Source: an uncultured bacterium (GTDB taxonomy: Bacteria > Poribacteria > WGA-4E > GCA-2687025). From it: 64,000 bases of DNA. A program made the translations under genes and the position numbers. The stretch is from the NCBI GenBank assembly GCA_964473525.1, contig CAYYPK010000032.1, forward strand, positions 353 through 64,352, read 5' to 3'. Of the stretch, positions 1-9,961 are shown one piece after another (the first letter of the stretch is position 1; every line of letters starts with the position of its first letter). The notes beneath the pieces were generated by a model. That model did not search any database and was not told the origin of the DNA. It worked only from the letters and a program-made list of their open reading frames with translations.

Positions 1-1
1 G

Positions 2-214
2 CGCCCGCCACAGCGTCAGATTGATGCCCCGCACCTCGCGCATCTGCCGATCCGCGAAGTTCACCCGTAGGCCGCGCGTTACCTCAGAGTCGCCGAAGCT
101 GAGACCATGGCGCCGGTACGTGATGTCCACGCTCGCGTCGGCTGCGCCACACACGCTGAGAGCGATGGCCACCAGGAGCGTGTTCCGAATGATCGATCGC
201 CTGTGCGTCGGCAT
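2..214 (-). CDS. Secreted/surface protein, N-terminal part only (runs off the window start)
   Basis: Manual translation MPTHRRSIIRNTLLVAIALSVCGAADASVDITYRRHGLSFGDSEVTRGLRVNFADRQMREVRGINLTLWR. Signal-peptide-like N-terminus, GGAAAG upstream and a good promoter at 308-336. Not in the ORF track because it is truncated. Confidence 0.65.
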   Translation of the reverse strand, partial: MPTHRRSIIRNTLLVAIALSVCGAADASVDITYRRHGLSFGDSEVTRGLRVNFADRQMREVRGINLTLWRA

Positions 215-307
215 GTGCAAGCCCACTTTCCAAAACGTCGTGATGGCGTTGTCTAGGTCGCGCGGTGCAGGGAGCTATCTCCCAATATGCGACAACGTAC
301 CTCCATT

Positions 308-336
308 AAGTTAACCTTAACCCTGCCATATGTCAA
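308..336 (-). promoter_or_regulatory. Sigma70-type promoter (TTGACA-N17-TAACTT) for the gene at 214; overlaps a TTAACC-TTAACC direct repeat
   Basis: Minus strand reads ttgaca tatggcagggttaaggt taactt; AT-rich patch in GC-rich DNA. Confidence 0.6.
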
Positions 337-466
337 TGGTGCGGCGTGAAATGTGGCTGCCGCGCCAACTGAAGCCGCAGCCATGCCCCGCCGCCCTTGT
401 GGTCCCCGCCCGCGCGGACTACCGTGCGCCGTGAGCCCCCAGCGCCTGTCCCGCCTAGGAGAGACT

Positions 467-1285
467 ATGAGCTCGTCGCACGAGTACCGCTACAACCGTC
501 TGACGTGGCCCGAGATGAACGACGCGATCGGCGCTCGGAAGGTCGTCATTCTCCCGACCGGCTCGACGGAGCAACACGGCCCGCATCTGCCACTGGACGT
601 CGACCTGTTCCTCACTGAATCCGTCTGTCTGGAGGTAGGCCGCAGGTCGGAGGGCCGCGTGTTGGTGCTGCCGCCCATCGCGTACGGGCTGAATCTGCAT
701 CATATCGACTTCCCGGGCACCGTCCACATCGAACCGGACGTATTCATCGCGTTCTGCCTGAATGTCACCAAGAGCGTCGCTTACCACGGCTTCGAGCGCA
801 TACTGCTCGTGAACGGCCACGGCTCCAATTCGCCGCTCATCGACCTCGTCGCCCGCAAGACCGTGTTGGAGACCGAGTCTCTCTGCGCGGCGACGAACTA
901 TGCGTCGTTCGCGCGCGATGCTTTCAACGAGGTGCGAGACACGGAGGTGTGGGCGCACGCCGACGAATTCGAGACGTCCCTCTACCTGCACCTGGCGGCC
1001 GACCGGGTACGCATGGAGCACGCCGGGCGCGACGACGACGTCATGGGCAAATACGTGAGCTCTGACAGCACCTCCCGGTATGTGCGCTTCAACGACTACT
1101 GGGGGCGATGGACTGACGTGGGCATCCACGGCGACGCGACCACGGCGACGAGAGAGAAGGGCGAGGCGATCTTTGAAGCAGCCGTGAGCGGGCTCGTTGA
1201 GTTCACGCAGGAGTGGGAGGCGTGGCCTCTGCCGGAGAGAAGCGACCAGCACGAGCATCCCGTACAGCGGCAGATAAGGTGGTAG
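467..1285 (+). CDS. Creatininase / creatinine amidohydrolase family protein
   Basis: Motifs PTGSTEQHGPHLPLDVD, VNGHGSN and HADEFETS; RBS AGGAGAG before ATG 467. Confidence 0.92.
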   Translation: MSSSHEYRYNRLTWPEMNDAIGARKVVILPTGSTEQHGPHLPLDVDLFLTESVCLEVGRRSEGRVLVLPPIAYGLNLHHIDFPGTVHIEPDVFIAFCLNVTKSVAYHGFERILLVNGHGSNSPLIDLVARKTVLETESLCAATNYASFARDAFNEVRDTEVWAHADEFETSLYLHLAADRVRMEHAGRDDDVMGKYVSSDSTSRYVRFNDYWGRWTDVGIHGDATTATREKGEAIFEAAVSGLVEFTQEWEAWPLPERSDQHEHPVQRQIRW

Positions 1286-1303
1286 GAGTCGACCGTCAGG
1301 GTT

Positions 1304-2557
1304 CTACCGCGCGAGGAACTCCCGGAAGGCGCCCCCCAGCAGCGCTCGGACGTCGCGTTCCAGTTCGCCTTGGTGCAAGGACCACCCGGACGCGACGAGG
1401 TCACAGTACTTGTCGCCAAGGACGTTCGCGATCACCTGACGCGAGTGTGGCCACTTGTAGACGAGTTGGTCGAGGATGCGCGCGTCGGAGTGCTGCGGGA
1501 CCGTGCTGAGCCCGAGCAGCTCGATACGCTCGCGCGTGATCTCATCGATGATGCTGGGGTTGTTCATGAACCACCAGCACCCGAAGATGAGCAGGTTAGG
1601 GAACTTCCTCCCAACGACGCACAGCTCGTGCTGGTTCTCGCGCGAGAGTAGCGTCGCCAGGAACTTGCTGTCCGGATTGTCCTCGAGCATGCGCTCGAGG
1701 TTGGACATGTCCGCCTTCCCCATGCCGTCGCCCGCCATGCGCAACTGTGGGTTCACGGCGCGCTTGACACCGATCATCACGGCGAACGGGACGTTCCGCT
1801 CTCGCGAGACGGGCAGGACGCACTCCCGGATGATGGCCCCGCGCGCCGAGTCCTCCGGGTACGCGAACTCTGGCGGCAGGGACACCGCCATGTATTGCGG
1901 CCCCATCCGCGTGATCCAGTCGTCCAGGAACCGCCGGATTTCGGCTAGTCCCTTAGCTGAGAGACCGGCGTCCGCTTCGTAGCCGAGCGCGACGAGGGTT
2001 GGGCGTCCGGCGTCCTCATACGTGTTCAACAGCGGGTCGATGCGGAGCGCGGGTAGGAACCGCGGGTCGCCCGACCGCTCCGAGAGCCACACGGGCTGCT
2101 CGGCGAGGTCGAACGGGTCGTTCGTCATGACGGCGGATTCGACGTTCGCGAGTTCGAAGACGCGGTCGATGTGGTCCTCGACGCGCACGTCTCTAAGCGC
2201 GTCGCGGTAGCTGTTCAGGTCGCGCGTCGAGAGGTCGAATCCGTACGCCTGCAAGGTGGTGACGACGCCCCGACATGCCTCGCTCACGGGCGAGTTGTCG
2301 AGGAAGAGCGTCTGCCAGATGAGGTCCGCTTGCTCCGCCTGCGACATCGCCCAGTAGGCGTCGTACCCTATCGTGGACGAACGGAGCGTCTCGGCGATGA
2401 GGTAATGGTACGTAAGCAGTTCGTCGACGCCCCAGAGCAGCAGTTCGCCGAATTCCGGGCTAAACAGGTGCGTGTGGATGTCCATGACCGGCTGCGCTGC
2501 TACGGCAGCCGTCACGGCGTCCCGGACATCGGCCGCTTCGATGACGCGGTCTGGCAT
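1304..2557 (-). CDS. uxaC: Glucuronate (uronate) isomerase, divergent amidohydrolase-fold type
   Basis: DIHTHL, LLTYHYL, MTNDPFD, FGCWWFMNNPS and QHSDAR motifs; start at MPDRV after GAGGGG. Confidence 0.85.
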   Translation of the reverse strand: MPDRVIEAADVRDAVTAAVAAQPVMDIHTHLFSPEFGELLLWGVDELLTYHYLIAETLRSSTIGYDAYWAMSQAEQADLIWQTLFLDNSPVSEACRGVVTTLQAYGFDLSTRDLNSYRDALRDVRVEDHIDRVFELANVESAVMTNDPFDLAEQPVWLSERSGDPRFLPALRIDPLLNTYEDAGRPTLVALGYEADAGLSAKGLAEIRRFLDDWITRMGPQYMAVSLPPEFAYPEDSARGAIIRECVLPVSRERNVPFAVMIGVKRAVNPQLRMAGDGMGKADMSNLERMLEDNPDSKFLATLLSRENQHELCVVGRKFPNLLIFGCWWFMNNPSIIDEITRERIELLGLSTVPQHSDARILDQLVYKWPHSRQVIANVLGDKYCDLVASGWSLHQGELERDVRALLGGAFREFLAR

Positions 2558-2607
2558 CTTACCCCTCGCGCCGGGCTGGCCGGCGGTTTGTACGCGCGGG
2601 CGAGCTG

Positions 2608-3444
2608 TTAGCAGGTGACGTCCTTGCCCTCGTCCCCGTAAATCGCCAGGCGTCCCTCGCGGGTCAGGGTGACAATATCCTCGGGTCGGTAGTGCAGTTG
2701 GAGCGCGCGCCTGGGTAGGTCCGTGGTGTTCGGCGGCGTGCCATGGTGCACCAACCCGTGGAAGAACAGACAGCCTCCGGGCGCCAACGGCGCGACGACG
2801 TTGGCTTCCGTCGCGACGTCCGTGTCGCATATCTGCCAGTCACGACGCTGGAAATGCACGGTGGGGCCGTCGCGATGCGTGCCTGGAATCACGTGCATGC
2901 ACCCGTTGTCGTACGTGGCTTCGTCGAGCGCGATCCACGCGCCCACGACCGGTGTGTCCGGGTGGAAGTTGAAATACGCCGCGTCCTGGTGCCACGGCTT
3001 CTCTGACCCCACCCGCGGCGGCTTCGAAAGCGCCATGTCCTGGAACAGCATGGGCGGCTTCCCGATGAGACGCTCCAGCGCCGCGAGCATGCCCGCATGG
3101 TCGGCGATCGCCTTGAGCCGCTCGTCGTAGTCCACGAAGCTGAACACCTTGCGTACGAAGGCGCGCCGCTCCTCGACGGGCAGGTCGCCGACTGCGTCGC
3201 GCATGGCGGGCTCGTACTGCACGCCCCGAAACTCGCCGTCGGCTCCGTCCATCAGATATGTCAGCCCCTCGAGCGCGCTCGCGATCTCGGCGCTGCTGAA
3301 GGCGTCCTCGACGATGAGATAGCCGTCCGCGTGGAATCGTTCGGCCGCCGCGTCGTCCACGGCTGAGAAGCCGCCGGTGAGCCCGGACGCCGCCACTGAT
3401 CGGCGATACAGATCGGCGGTCGTGGTTGCCGGGGCATCGTGCAT
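2608..3444 (-). CDS. Phytanoyl-CoA dioxygenase (PhyH) family Fe(II)/2OG oxygenase, canonical HxD
   Basis: KPWHQD, WIALDEAT..NGCMHVIPGTH, distal HHGT...RRA. Confidence 0.92.
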   Translation of the reverse strand: MHDAPATTTADLYRRSVAASGLTGGFSAVDDAAAERFHADGYLIVEDAFSSAEIASALEGLTYLMDGADGEFRGVQYEPAMRDAVGDLPVEERRAFVRKVFSFVDYDERLKAIADHAGMLAALERLIGKPPMLFQDMALSKPPRVGSEKPWHQDAAYFNFHPDTPVVGAWIALDEATYDNGCMHVIPGTHRDGPTVHFQRRDWQICDTDVATEANVVAPLAPGGCLFFHGLVHHGTPPNTTDLPRRALQLHYRPEDIVTLTREGRLAIYGDEGKDVTC

Positions 3445-3464
3445 GAATCCAGGCCTCCTGGTCG

Positions 3465-4169
3465 CTACGCTGTCCGCAACTTGGCGCGTTCGCTCTCCTG
3501 AAGTTCGAACGGTAGGTGATCGACCCGGTTCGAGAACGCCAACCGGATACCGTGGTCTCGCATGCGGAAGTAGGAGATCGAGCAGTTATCCAAGCCGAAG
3601 CGTTGCTGTGTGTAGACGGGTTCGAGTCCCAGGAACGCCTCGAAGAACAGCCAGCCGGCAGCTCCGTGGCCGACACACGCGGTGACATCGTCCGCGCCGC
3701 CCCGCTCCGCCATGAGGCGCGCCCGCATGCGCTTCGCGCTGGTGACGGCGTGCTGCCACACGAGCGTGTCGTCGGCGTCGAGGACGTCCCGACGGAGGAA
3801 CCACCAACCCGCCTCGGTGATCTCCTCGGAGAGTGTCGCGCCGGGGCATATGTCGAGGATCTCCGCAGGTGCCATGCCGCTGCGCTGCTCCAACTCGCCC
3901 GACCCGTAGTCGTGGGGTGCTATCCCGCCGATCTCGCACAGCTCGGGCATGACATGTGGGGTCAGTCCCAACGCATCGCCTATGGCCCGCGCCGTTTGGA
4001 GGTTGCGGCGCAACGGGCTACAGTACAGCCTCCCTATCCCCAGGCTCCGCAGAGCGGCCCCGGCGTGCCGCGCCTGCGCCTGACCGGCGTCGGTAAGAGC
4101 CGGGTCAGGGTCGTGCGTGTCACCGTTGTTGTTCGTCGACTCGCCGTGGCGCACGTAGTAGACGTGCAT
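3465..4169 (-). CDS. Histidine phosphatase (phosphoglycerate mutase) family protein
   Basis: VRHGES, CSPLRR..QTA and VGHG motifs. Confidence 0.9.
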   Translation of the reverse strand: MHVYYVRHGESTNNNGDTHDPDPALTDAGQAQARHAGAALRSLGIGRLYCSPLRRNLQTARAIGDALGLTPHVMPELCEIGGIAPHDYGSGELEQRSGMAPAEILDICPGATLSEEITEAGWWFLRRDVLDADDTLVWQHAVTSAKRMRARLMAERGGADDVTACVGHGAAGWLFFEAFLGLEPVYTQQRFGLDNCSISYFRMRDHGIRLAFSNRVDHLPFELQESERAKLRTA

Positions 4170-4216
4170 GGCTGGAAGCTCCCGTCGCAGCGTCTACGCA
4201 ACTACACTCGCGCCTA

Positions 4217-4582
4217 CTAGAGGTCGATCGTCTCTGGGTCCGCCGCGCTGAATCCTACGAGGATGACGAGGTCGCCGTCGCCGATGTTCAGGGTGGAATG
4301 CACCGCGTTATGCGGTATGTTCGCGCAGTCGCCGGGCTCCAGCTCCATCACCTCGTCCTCGACAGCCTGCCGCGCCCTGCCACTTACGACGTAGATGAAC
4401 TCCTCGGCATTGGGGTGCCTGTGCGAGGCATGGCCGCCACCTTTCGGGAAGGTCGCCGTACCCAGCGCCAGATCCCGCAACGCGGAGTTCTGCGCGTGGC
4501 AGTGCCAGGAGATGTTCGCGAACGGGAGCTCGATCGCGACTGCGTCCGCTGCCTTCACGAAAGGCCCAATGGTCTCGCTCAT
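4217..4582 (-). CDS. Cupin domain protein
   Basis: HRHPNAEEFIYVVSG ... PGD...IPHNAVH metal-binding cupin motifs. Confidence 0.9.
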   Translation of the reverse strand: MSETIGPFVKAADAVAIELPFANISWHCHAQNSALRDLALGTATFPKGGGHASHRHPNAEEFIYVVSGRARQAVEDEVMELEPGDCANIPHNAVHSTLNIGDGDLVILVGFSAADPETIDL

Positions 4583-4618
4583 GTCGTTCCTTTGGCTGCC
4601 TTCTTGCCAGGTCTTGTC

Positions 4619-5545
4619 CTAGTCTTCACTCACCACGGGATTCGATAGAACCCCGATGCCCTCGATCTCAACATCGACGGTGTCGCCAGGATTGAGGTGC
4701 TCGCCGCGCGCCTTGCCTACTCCCGACGGCGTGCCAGTGGAGATGATGTCGCCTGGCTCCAGCGTCATGTTGCGCGACACCCACTCGATGAGCTCCGCGC
4801 ACGTGAAGACCATGTGACTCGTGCTAGAGTCCTGCTTCGAGGCGCCGTTCACGCGGAGCGCGATGCGTAGGGAGTCCGGGTTGGTGATCTCGTCCGACGT
4901 CACGAGGCACGGCCCTTGCGGCGCGAACGTGTCGAACCACTTGCCGTTGAGCCAGTCGAACCAGCTGTCGCCGTCCCGTGGCTCGCGGTCCTTGTCGATG
5001 ACGAGCTGTCGCTCCGACACGTCGTTGACGATCGTGTACCCGGCGACGTAGTCCAGCGCCTCTGCCGCGTCGATGTACTTCCCGCGCCGGCCCATCACGA
5101 TCGCTAGCTCAGCTTCCCAGTCGATCCATCCCGCGTTGCGTGGGATCACGATGGCGTCACCAGGGCCGACGATGGTCGTGGACGGCGGCTTCATGAACAC
5201 CCGCGGCGTCGTCTGCTCCTTCTCCAACGCGATTCCGCCGCCTTCGCGGATGTGCTCGGCGTAGTTGCCGGCGAGGCAGAGCAGCTTCGGCGGATCAGGC
5301 ACGGGAGCGGTCAGCGCGGCGTCGGTCGTCGTCGCCTTCTCCGGCGACGCCGTCGCCAGATCCTGCACCTGCTGAGCCGCTTCGTGCGCGGTCTCGCCGC
5401 CGTTCAGGAACGACCGCATCGTGCCCAGGGCGGACGCGTCGCCCTCGAAGTGGGCCGCGTAGGTAGCGGCCACATCGACTACCGCATCTCCGACCGACAG
5501 GCCGAGGCGTGGCCCATCGTCCGACCGAAAGCTCACGAGCTTCAT
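4619..5545 (-). CDS. Fumarylacetoacetate hydrolase (FAH) family protein
   Basis: AGNYAEH, DWEAELA, NDVSER, GKWFDTF and GDIISTGTPSGVG. Confidence 0.93.
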   Translation of the reverse strand: MKLVSFRSDDGPRLGLSVGDAVVDVAATYAAHFEGDASALGTMRSFLNGGETAHEAAQQVQDLATASPEKATTTDAALTAPVPDPPKLLCLAGNYAEHIREGGGIALEKEQTTPRVFMKPPSTTIVGPGDAIVIPRNAGWIDWEAELAIVMGRRGKYIDAAEALDYVAGYTIVNDVSERQLVIDKDREPRDGDSWFDWLNGKWFDTFAPQGPCLVTSDEITNPDSLRIALRVNGASKQDSSTSHMVFTCAELIEWVSRNMTLEPGDIISTGTPSGVGKARGEHLNPGDTVDVEIEGIGVLSNPVVSED

Positions 5546-5676
5546 GCGTATATCCCCCACCAATCCCGCGTAGATACTTCCCCGTGCGGTCGCGCATGGT
5601 ACACCGGCCGCGCGTGGTCACGCAATCGCCCGGGGATTGGACCCGGGTTGGCTGGCCGCGCGCCTAACGAAGGGCG

Positions 5677-6030
5677 TTAGCGCAGGTCGTCGATGGCCTC
5701 GGTTGGTCGGCCGATGACCGCTCTGTCACCCCGTACGATGATGGGCCGCTGCAACAGAATCGGCTGCGCGACGATGGCGGAGATGAGCGCGTCGTCGCTG
5801 AGCGATTCGTCACCGAGGCCAGCCTCGTCGTATTCGTCCTCGCCGTCGCGGATGATGTCGCGCACGCCGACACCTAGCTTTGTCAACAGACCGCGAATGT
5901 CGTCAGCTGTCGGCGTCGCCCCGAGATACTCGACGACGTCGGCGTCTATGCCGTTCTCCTCAAGATACGCCATCGCCGCGCGCGACTTGCTGCATCCCGG
6001 ATTGTGGTAGAGCGTCCATTCCCTGGACAT
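5677..6030 (-). CDS. arsC: Arsenate reductase (ArsC, glutaredoxin-type) family
   Basis: YHNPGCSKSR, LLQRPII and IGRP motifs. Confidence 0.9.
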   Translation of the reverse strand: MSREWTLYHNPGCSKSRAAMAYLEENGIDADVVEYLGATPTADDIRGLLTKLGVGVRDIIRDGEDEYDEAGLGDESLSDDALISAIVAQPILLQRPIIVRGDRAVIGRPTEAIDDLR

Positions 6031-6269
6031 GCGTGTCCTCTCCTGTGGAACCGTTTGGCGCCGTGGGTGTGAAGGCTGACGGTAATCCTACGGCGGTTGG
6101 GACCCGTCGCCAAGATGGCCGGCGCTGTCCTTGCGCTTTGCCGACGGCCACCCGACGATGGCCACCGGGCCTGAACCCCGAGGACACCCGCGCGCGTAGT
6201 TCTACTGTCGGCGACGACGCGCGCGACCCAGCCAACGTTCCAGACCCACGAAAGGCATCGACAGAGCAG

Positions 6270-8945
6270 GTGGCAAAAGCCAAGACGACCCCCATGATGG
6301 AGCAGTACCACGGGATCAAGGCGGAGAATCCCGACGCGGTCCTCTTCTTCCGCATGGGAGACTTCTACGAGACGTTCTTCGACGACGCCAAGGTCACGGC
6401 AAGCGCGTTGGAGATCACGCTGACGTCCCGCGGAGAGAAGGACGCCAACGGCGACAAGATACCCCTCGCCGGCTTCCCCTACCACGCCCTGGACGCGCAT
6501 CTCTACAAGATGATTCAGGCGGGTCACAAGGTCGCCATCTGCGAGCAGGTCGAGGATCCGAAACTGGCGCGCGGCGTCGTTAAGCGCGCCGTCATACGGG
6601 TCGTCACGCCAGGGACCGTCACCGACCCCAAGGTTTTGGACGTCAAGGCGAACAACTTCATCGTCGCCCTCTACGCCTTCGAGAAGACATTCGGCCTCGC
6701 GTGCGCGGATGTCTCCACGGGCGAGTTCCACGTCACCGAGCTAGCCACTATCGAGAAGGTGTCGGCGGAACTCACGCGGCTGATGCCGGCGGAACTGCTG
6801 CTGCCCGAGGGATTTCGACACCGCGACGGGTTGTCCGAGGCGGAGGAGGCCGTGCGCCCCGCCCTCAACGAGTTGCCCGCGTGGCAGTTCGACCCGGAGA
6901 CGGCGCGGGGAACGCTGCTACGCCACTTCCAGACGGCGTCACTTGACGGCTTCGGCTGCGAAGGCATGCACGCCGCGATCGGCGCCGGCGGCGCGCTTAT
7001 GTCGTACTTGCACGACACGCAGAAGGAGAACGTCGACCATCTGACGTCCATGGACACGTACTCCACCGAGTCGTTCATGGCGATGGACGGCGCGACGCAA
7101 CGCAACCTCGAGCTCGTGCGGTCGATGCGCGACGGATCCTCGCACGGCACGCTGCTGCAGATCCTCGACGGCACGTTGACGCCGATGGGCGGGCGCAAGC
7201 TGCGACAGGCTATCGTGCAGCCGTTGTTGGACGCCCGTGAGATACGGTCCAGACTCGACGCGGTTGCGGAGCTGCGCGCCGAACTCGGCCCCCTGGACGA
7301 CCTCCGTGCGCTGCTCAAAGGCGTGTACGACGTCGAACGGCTCGTCGGACGTGTGGGTCTGGGCTCCGCTAACGCGCGCGATCTGCAATCGCTGGGGTCG
7401 TCTCTGTCGATACTGCCCGCGCTGAAGGAGGCGCTCTCGACGAAGAGCAGCAGCCTCCTCGCGACGCTGCACGACTCGTTGGACACCTGCGCTGATGTCG
7501 TGGACCTGGTCCTGCGCGCCGTGCACGAGGAGCCGCCCATCACCCTCCGCGACGGCAGGCTCATTCGCGACGACTACAACGCCGACCTCGACGAACTGCG
7601 CGACATCCTCGCCAACGGCAAGGAGCGCATCGCCCAGCTACAGGACACTGAGCGCGAGACGACAGGAATCTCGTCACTCAAGGTCGGCTACAACCAGGTC
7701 TTCGGCTACTACATCGAGGTCACGCGCGCGAACCTGGCTAGCGTGCCCGAGTCGTACATCCGCAAGCAGACCCTCGCGAACGCAGAACGCTATATCACGC
7801 CGGAACTGAAGGAGTTCGAGGAGAAGATACTCAACGCCCAGGAGCGAATTCTAGATCTCGAGTACGACCTGTTCCTCCAGGTGCGGGAGCAGGTTAAGGG
7901 CGAGATATCGCGTATCCAACGCGCCGCGGCGATCCTCGCCATCCTCGATTTCCTCGCCGCGATGGCTTACATCGCCGTCAAGAACAACTACGTCAAGCCC
8001 GAGGTGGACGAGACGGCGGCGCTCTTCATCAAGAGCGGCCGGCATCCGGTCGTGGAGCAACTGGTGACCCACGAGGGGTTCGTGCCCAACGACACGCATC
8101 TGAACTGCGACCACGAGCAGTTGCAGGTCATCACCGGTCCCAACATGTCCGGCAAGTCGACCTATCTGCGGCAGGTGGCGCTCATCACGTTGATGGCGCA
8201 GATGGGCAGCTTCGTGCCTGCCGCCGAGGCGCACCTGGGCGTCGTGGATCGCATCTTCACGAGGGTCGGGGCTGCCGACAATCTGGCGATGGGGCAGAGC
8301 ACGTTCCTCGTCGAGATGAACGAGACGGCGAACATCCTCAACAACGCCACGGATCGTAGTCTGCTGATTCTGGACGAGATCGGGCGAGGCACGAGCACCT
8401 TCGACGGCATCAGCATCGCGTGGGCCGTCGCGGAGCACATACTCACGGAGACCGGCGCCAAGACCCTGTTCGCGACGCACTATCACGAGCTCATCGAACT
8501 TGCCGACAAGTACCCGCGCGTGCGGAACTACAACGTCGCGATTCACGAGGACGAGGAGCGGATCACGTTCCTGCGCAAGGTCGTCGAGGGCGGGACAGAC
8601 GACTCGTACGGCATCCACGTGGCTCGGCTGGCGGGGCTGCCGGACTCCGTCATTTCGCGCGCGATGGACATCCTCGTCGTGTTGGAGCAGCACGAGATAT
8701 CGGTCGGTGAGCGGAAGGGGCCGCGGCCTCGTCGACGCCCTCGCAGGCGCGCCACCACGGACGGAGGCCTACAGATGTCGCTGTTCGTGCCGCCGTCGTC
8801 GGGAACGACGGACCCGTTGCTGGAGGAGCTTCGAGATGAGCTCACGGCGATGGAAGTCGACGCAATGACGCCGCTGGAGGCGCTCAACGCTCTACACGCC
8901 CTACGCAAGAAGCTGGACGGCTCCGACAACGGCGATACCGGTTAG
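6270..8945 (+). CDS. mutS: DNA mismatch repair protein MutS
   Basis: TPMMEQY, FFRMGDFYE, TGPNMSGKSTY, DEIGRGTST and ATHYHEL; start probably GTG 6270. Confidence 0.97.
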   Translation: MAKAKTTPMMEQYHGIKAENPDAVLFFRMGDFYETFFDDAKVTASALEITLTSRGEKDANGDKIPLAGFPYHALDAHLYKMIQAGHKVAICEQVEDPKLARGVVKRAVIRVVTPGTVTDPKVLDVKANNFIVALYAFEKTFGLACADVSTGEFHVTELATIEKVSAELTRLMPAELLLPEGFRHRDGLSEAEEAVRPALNELPAWQFDPETARGTLLRHFQTASLDGFGCEGMHAAIGAGGALMSYLHDTQKENVDHLTSMDTYSTESFMAMDGATQRNLELVRSMRDGSSHGTLLQILDGTLTPMGGRKLRQAIVQPLLDAREIRSRLDAVAELRAELGPLDDLRALLKGVYDVERLVGRVGLGSANARDLQSLGSSLSILPALKEALSTKSSSLLATLHDSLDTCADVVDLVLRAVHEEPPITLRDGRLIRDDYNADLDELRDILANGKERIAQLQDTERETTGISSLKVGYNQVFGYYIEVTRANLASVPESYIRKQTLANAERYITPELKEFEEKILNAQERILDLEYDLFLQVREQVKGEISRIQRAAAILAILDFLAAMAYIAVKNNYVKPEVDETAALFIKSGRHPVVEQLVTHEGFVPNDTHLNCDHEQLQVITGPNMSGKSTYLRQVALITLMAQMGSFVPAAEAHLGVVDRIFTRVGAADNLAMGQSTFLVEMNETANILNNATDRSLLILDEIGRGTSTFDGISIAWAVAEHILTETGAKTLFATHYHELIELADKYPRVRNYNVAIHEDEERITFLRKVVEGGTDDSYGIHVARLAGLPDSVISRAMDILVVLEQHEISVGERKGPRPRRRPRRRATTDGGLQMSLFVPPSSGTTDPLLEELRDELTAMEVDAMTPLEALNALHALRKKLDGSDNGDTG

Positions 8946-9265
8946 GCGGCGTCCTTAAGCCGCGCGATCTCGGCTTCGATGCGCCCCTGCCGCCGCGCGA
9001 CGGAGACCATGTAAACCCCGAGCGCCGCCCATATCACGACGTATCCCATGAACAGGAACCGCACGCGGCGCGACTGCTCCGCTTCAAGATATGCGACCGC
9101 CTGCGCCACCGCCGCGTCCAAGGATGCGTCGGGCGTGCCCGCCATCACGGTCTCTATCTCGTCACGCGCTTCCTGTGCGGATACGCCCACTGGTATCGCG
9201 CTCATCAGCCCGTACGCGCCGCACGCGAACGCCACGACCGCCAATACTGCCACCGATGCCCGCAT
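8942..9265 (-). CDS. ccmD: CcmD-family membrane protein with N-terminal extension
   Basis: C-terminal FMGYVVIWAALGVYMVSVARRQ..IEAEI pattern; follows ccmC. Confidence 0.7.
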   Translation of the reverse strand: MRASVAVLAVVAFACGAYGLMSAIPVGVSAQEARDEIETVMAGTPDASLDAAVAQAVAYLEAEQSRRVRFLFMGYVVIWAALGVYMVSVARRQGRIEAEIARLKDAA

Positions 9266-9269
9266 GCGC

Positions 9270-9959
9270 TTACCCCCCGGTGTCCTCGCCGAATAGCTGT
9301 TCCTGACGCAACGCCGCGACTTCCTGCTCTGCGATCTCAACGTCCGCGCGCAACCGCGTGAGCAGGACGTACGCCGCTGACATCGCCAGCGTTCCCAGCA
9401 CCATGCCGTAGTACATGCGGTTGTCGAGAGCCCACTTGGTCTTGGTCGTCGGGTGCAGGACGCTGCCCCATATCTTGATGGAGAAGTACACGATCGGCAC
9501 CATCACGAAGGCGAAGATGCCGAAGACCGACGAGTATGTCCGACGGGCGTCACCGCTCGTCGTCGAGCGGAACAGGAGGTAGCCCGCGTACATGAGCCAC
9601 AGCACCAGCATGGATGTCAGACGCGGCTCCCAGTTCCACCACGTGTTCCACGCACTACGCGCCCAGAGCATGCCTGTTAGCAGCACGATGGCGGCGTAGA
9701 TCCAACCGACGGCGGCGGACGCCCCCGCGATGGCATCCGCGCGCGGGTTGCGTCGCACCAGGTAGACGATGCCGAACACCGCCGTTACCGTGAATGCGAC
9801 GAACATGGACCACGCCGCGCCGACGTGGAAGTAGAAGATCTTCTGGATCTCGCGCATCTGGACTTCTATCGGCGCGACGACGAACACGAACGTCGCGCCG
9901 ACAAGCACGAGCGCTGCCGTGAGTAACCCCAGCGCGGCGTTGATGCGCGAACTCGTCAT
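9270..9959 (-). CDS. ccmC: Heme exporter protein CcmC
   Basis: IFYFHV, WWD-type motif WARSAWNTWWNWEPRLTS, LHP; multiple TM helices. Confidence 0.92.
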   Translation of the reverse strand: MTSSRINAALGLLTAALVLVGATFVFVVAPIEVQMREIQKIFYFHVGAAWSMFVAFTVTAVFGIVYLVRRNPRADAIAGASAAVGWIYAAIVLLTGMLWARSAWNTWWNWEPRLTSMLVLWLMYAGYLLFRSTTSGDARRTYSSVFGIFAFVMVPIVYFSIKIWGSVLHPTTKTKWALDNRMYYGMVLGTLAMSAAYVLLTRLRADVEIAEQEVAALRQEQLFGEDTGG

Positions 9960-9961
9960 CG

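Noticed and set aside
5880-6269. 130-aa N-terminal extension of MutS in the ORF track
   Set aside because: It overlaps the divergent arsC gene, and MutS homology starts at TPMMEQY.
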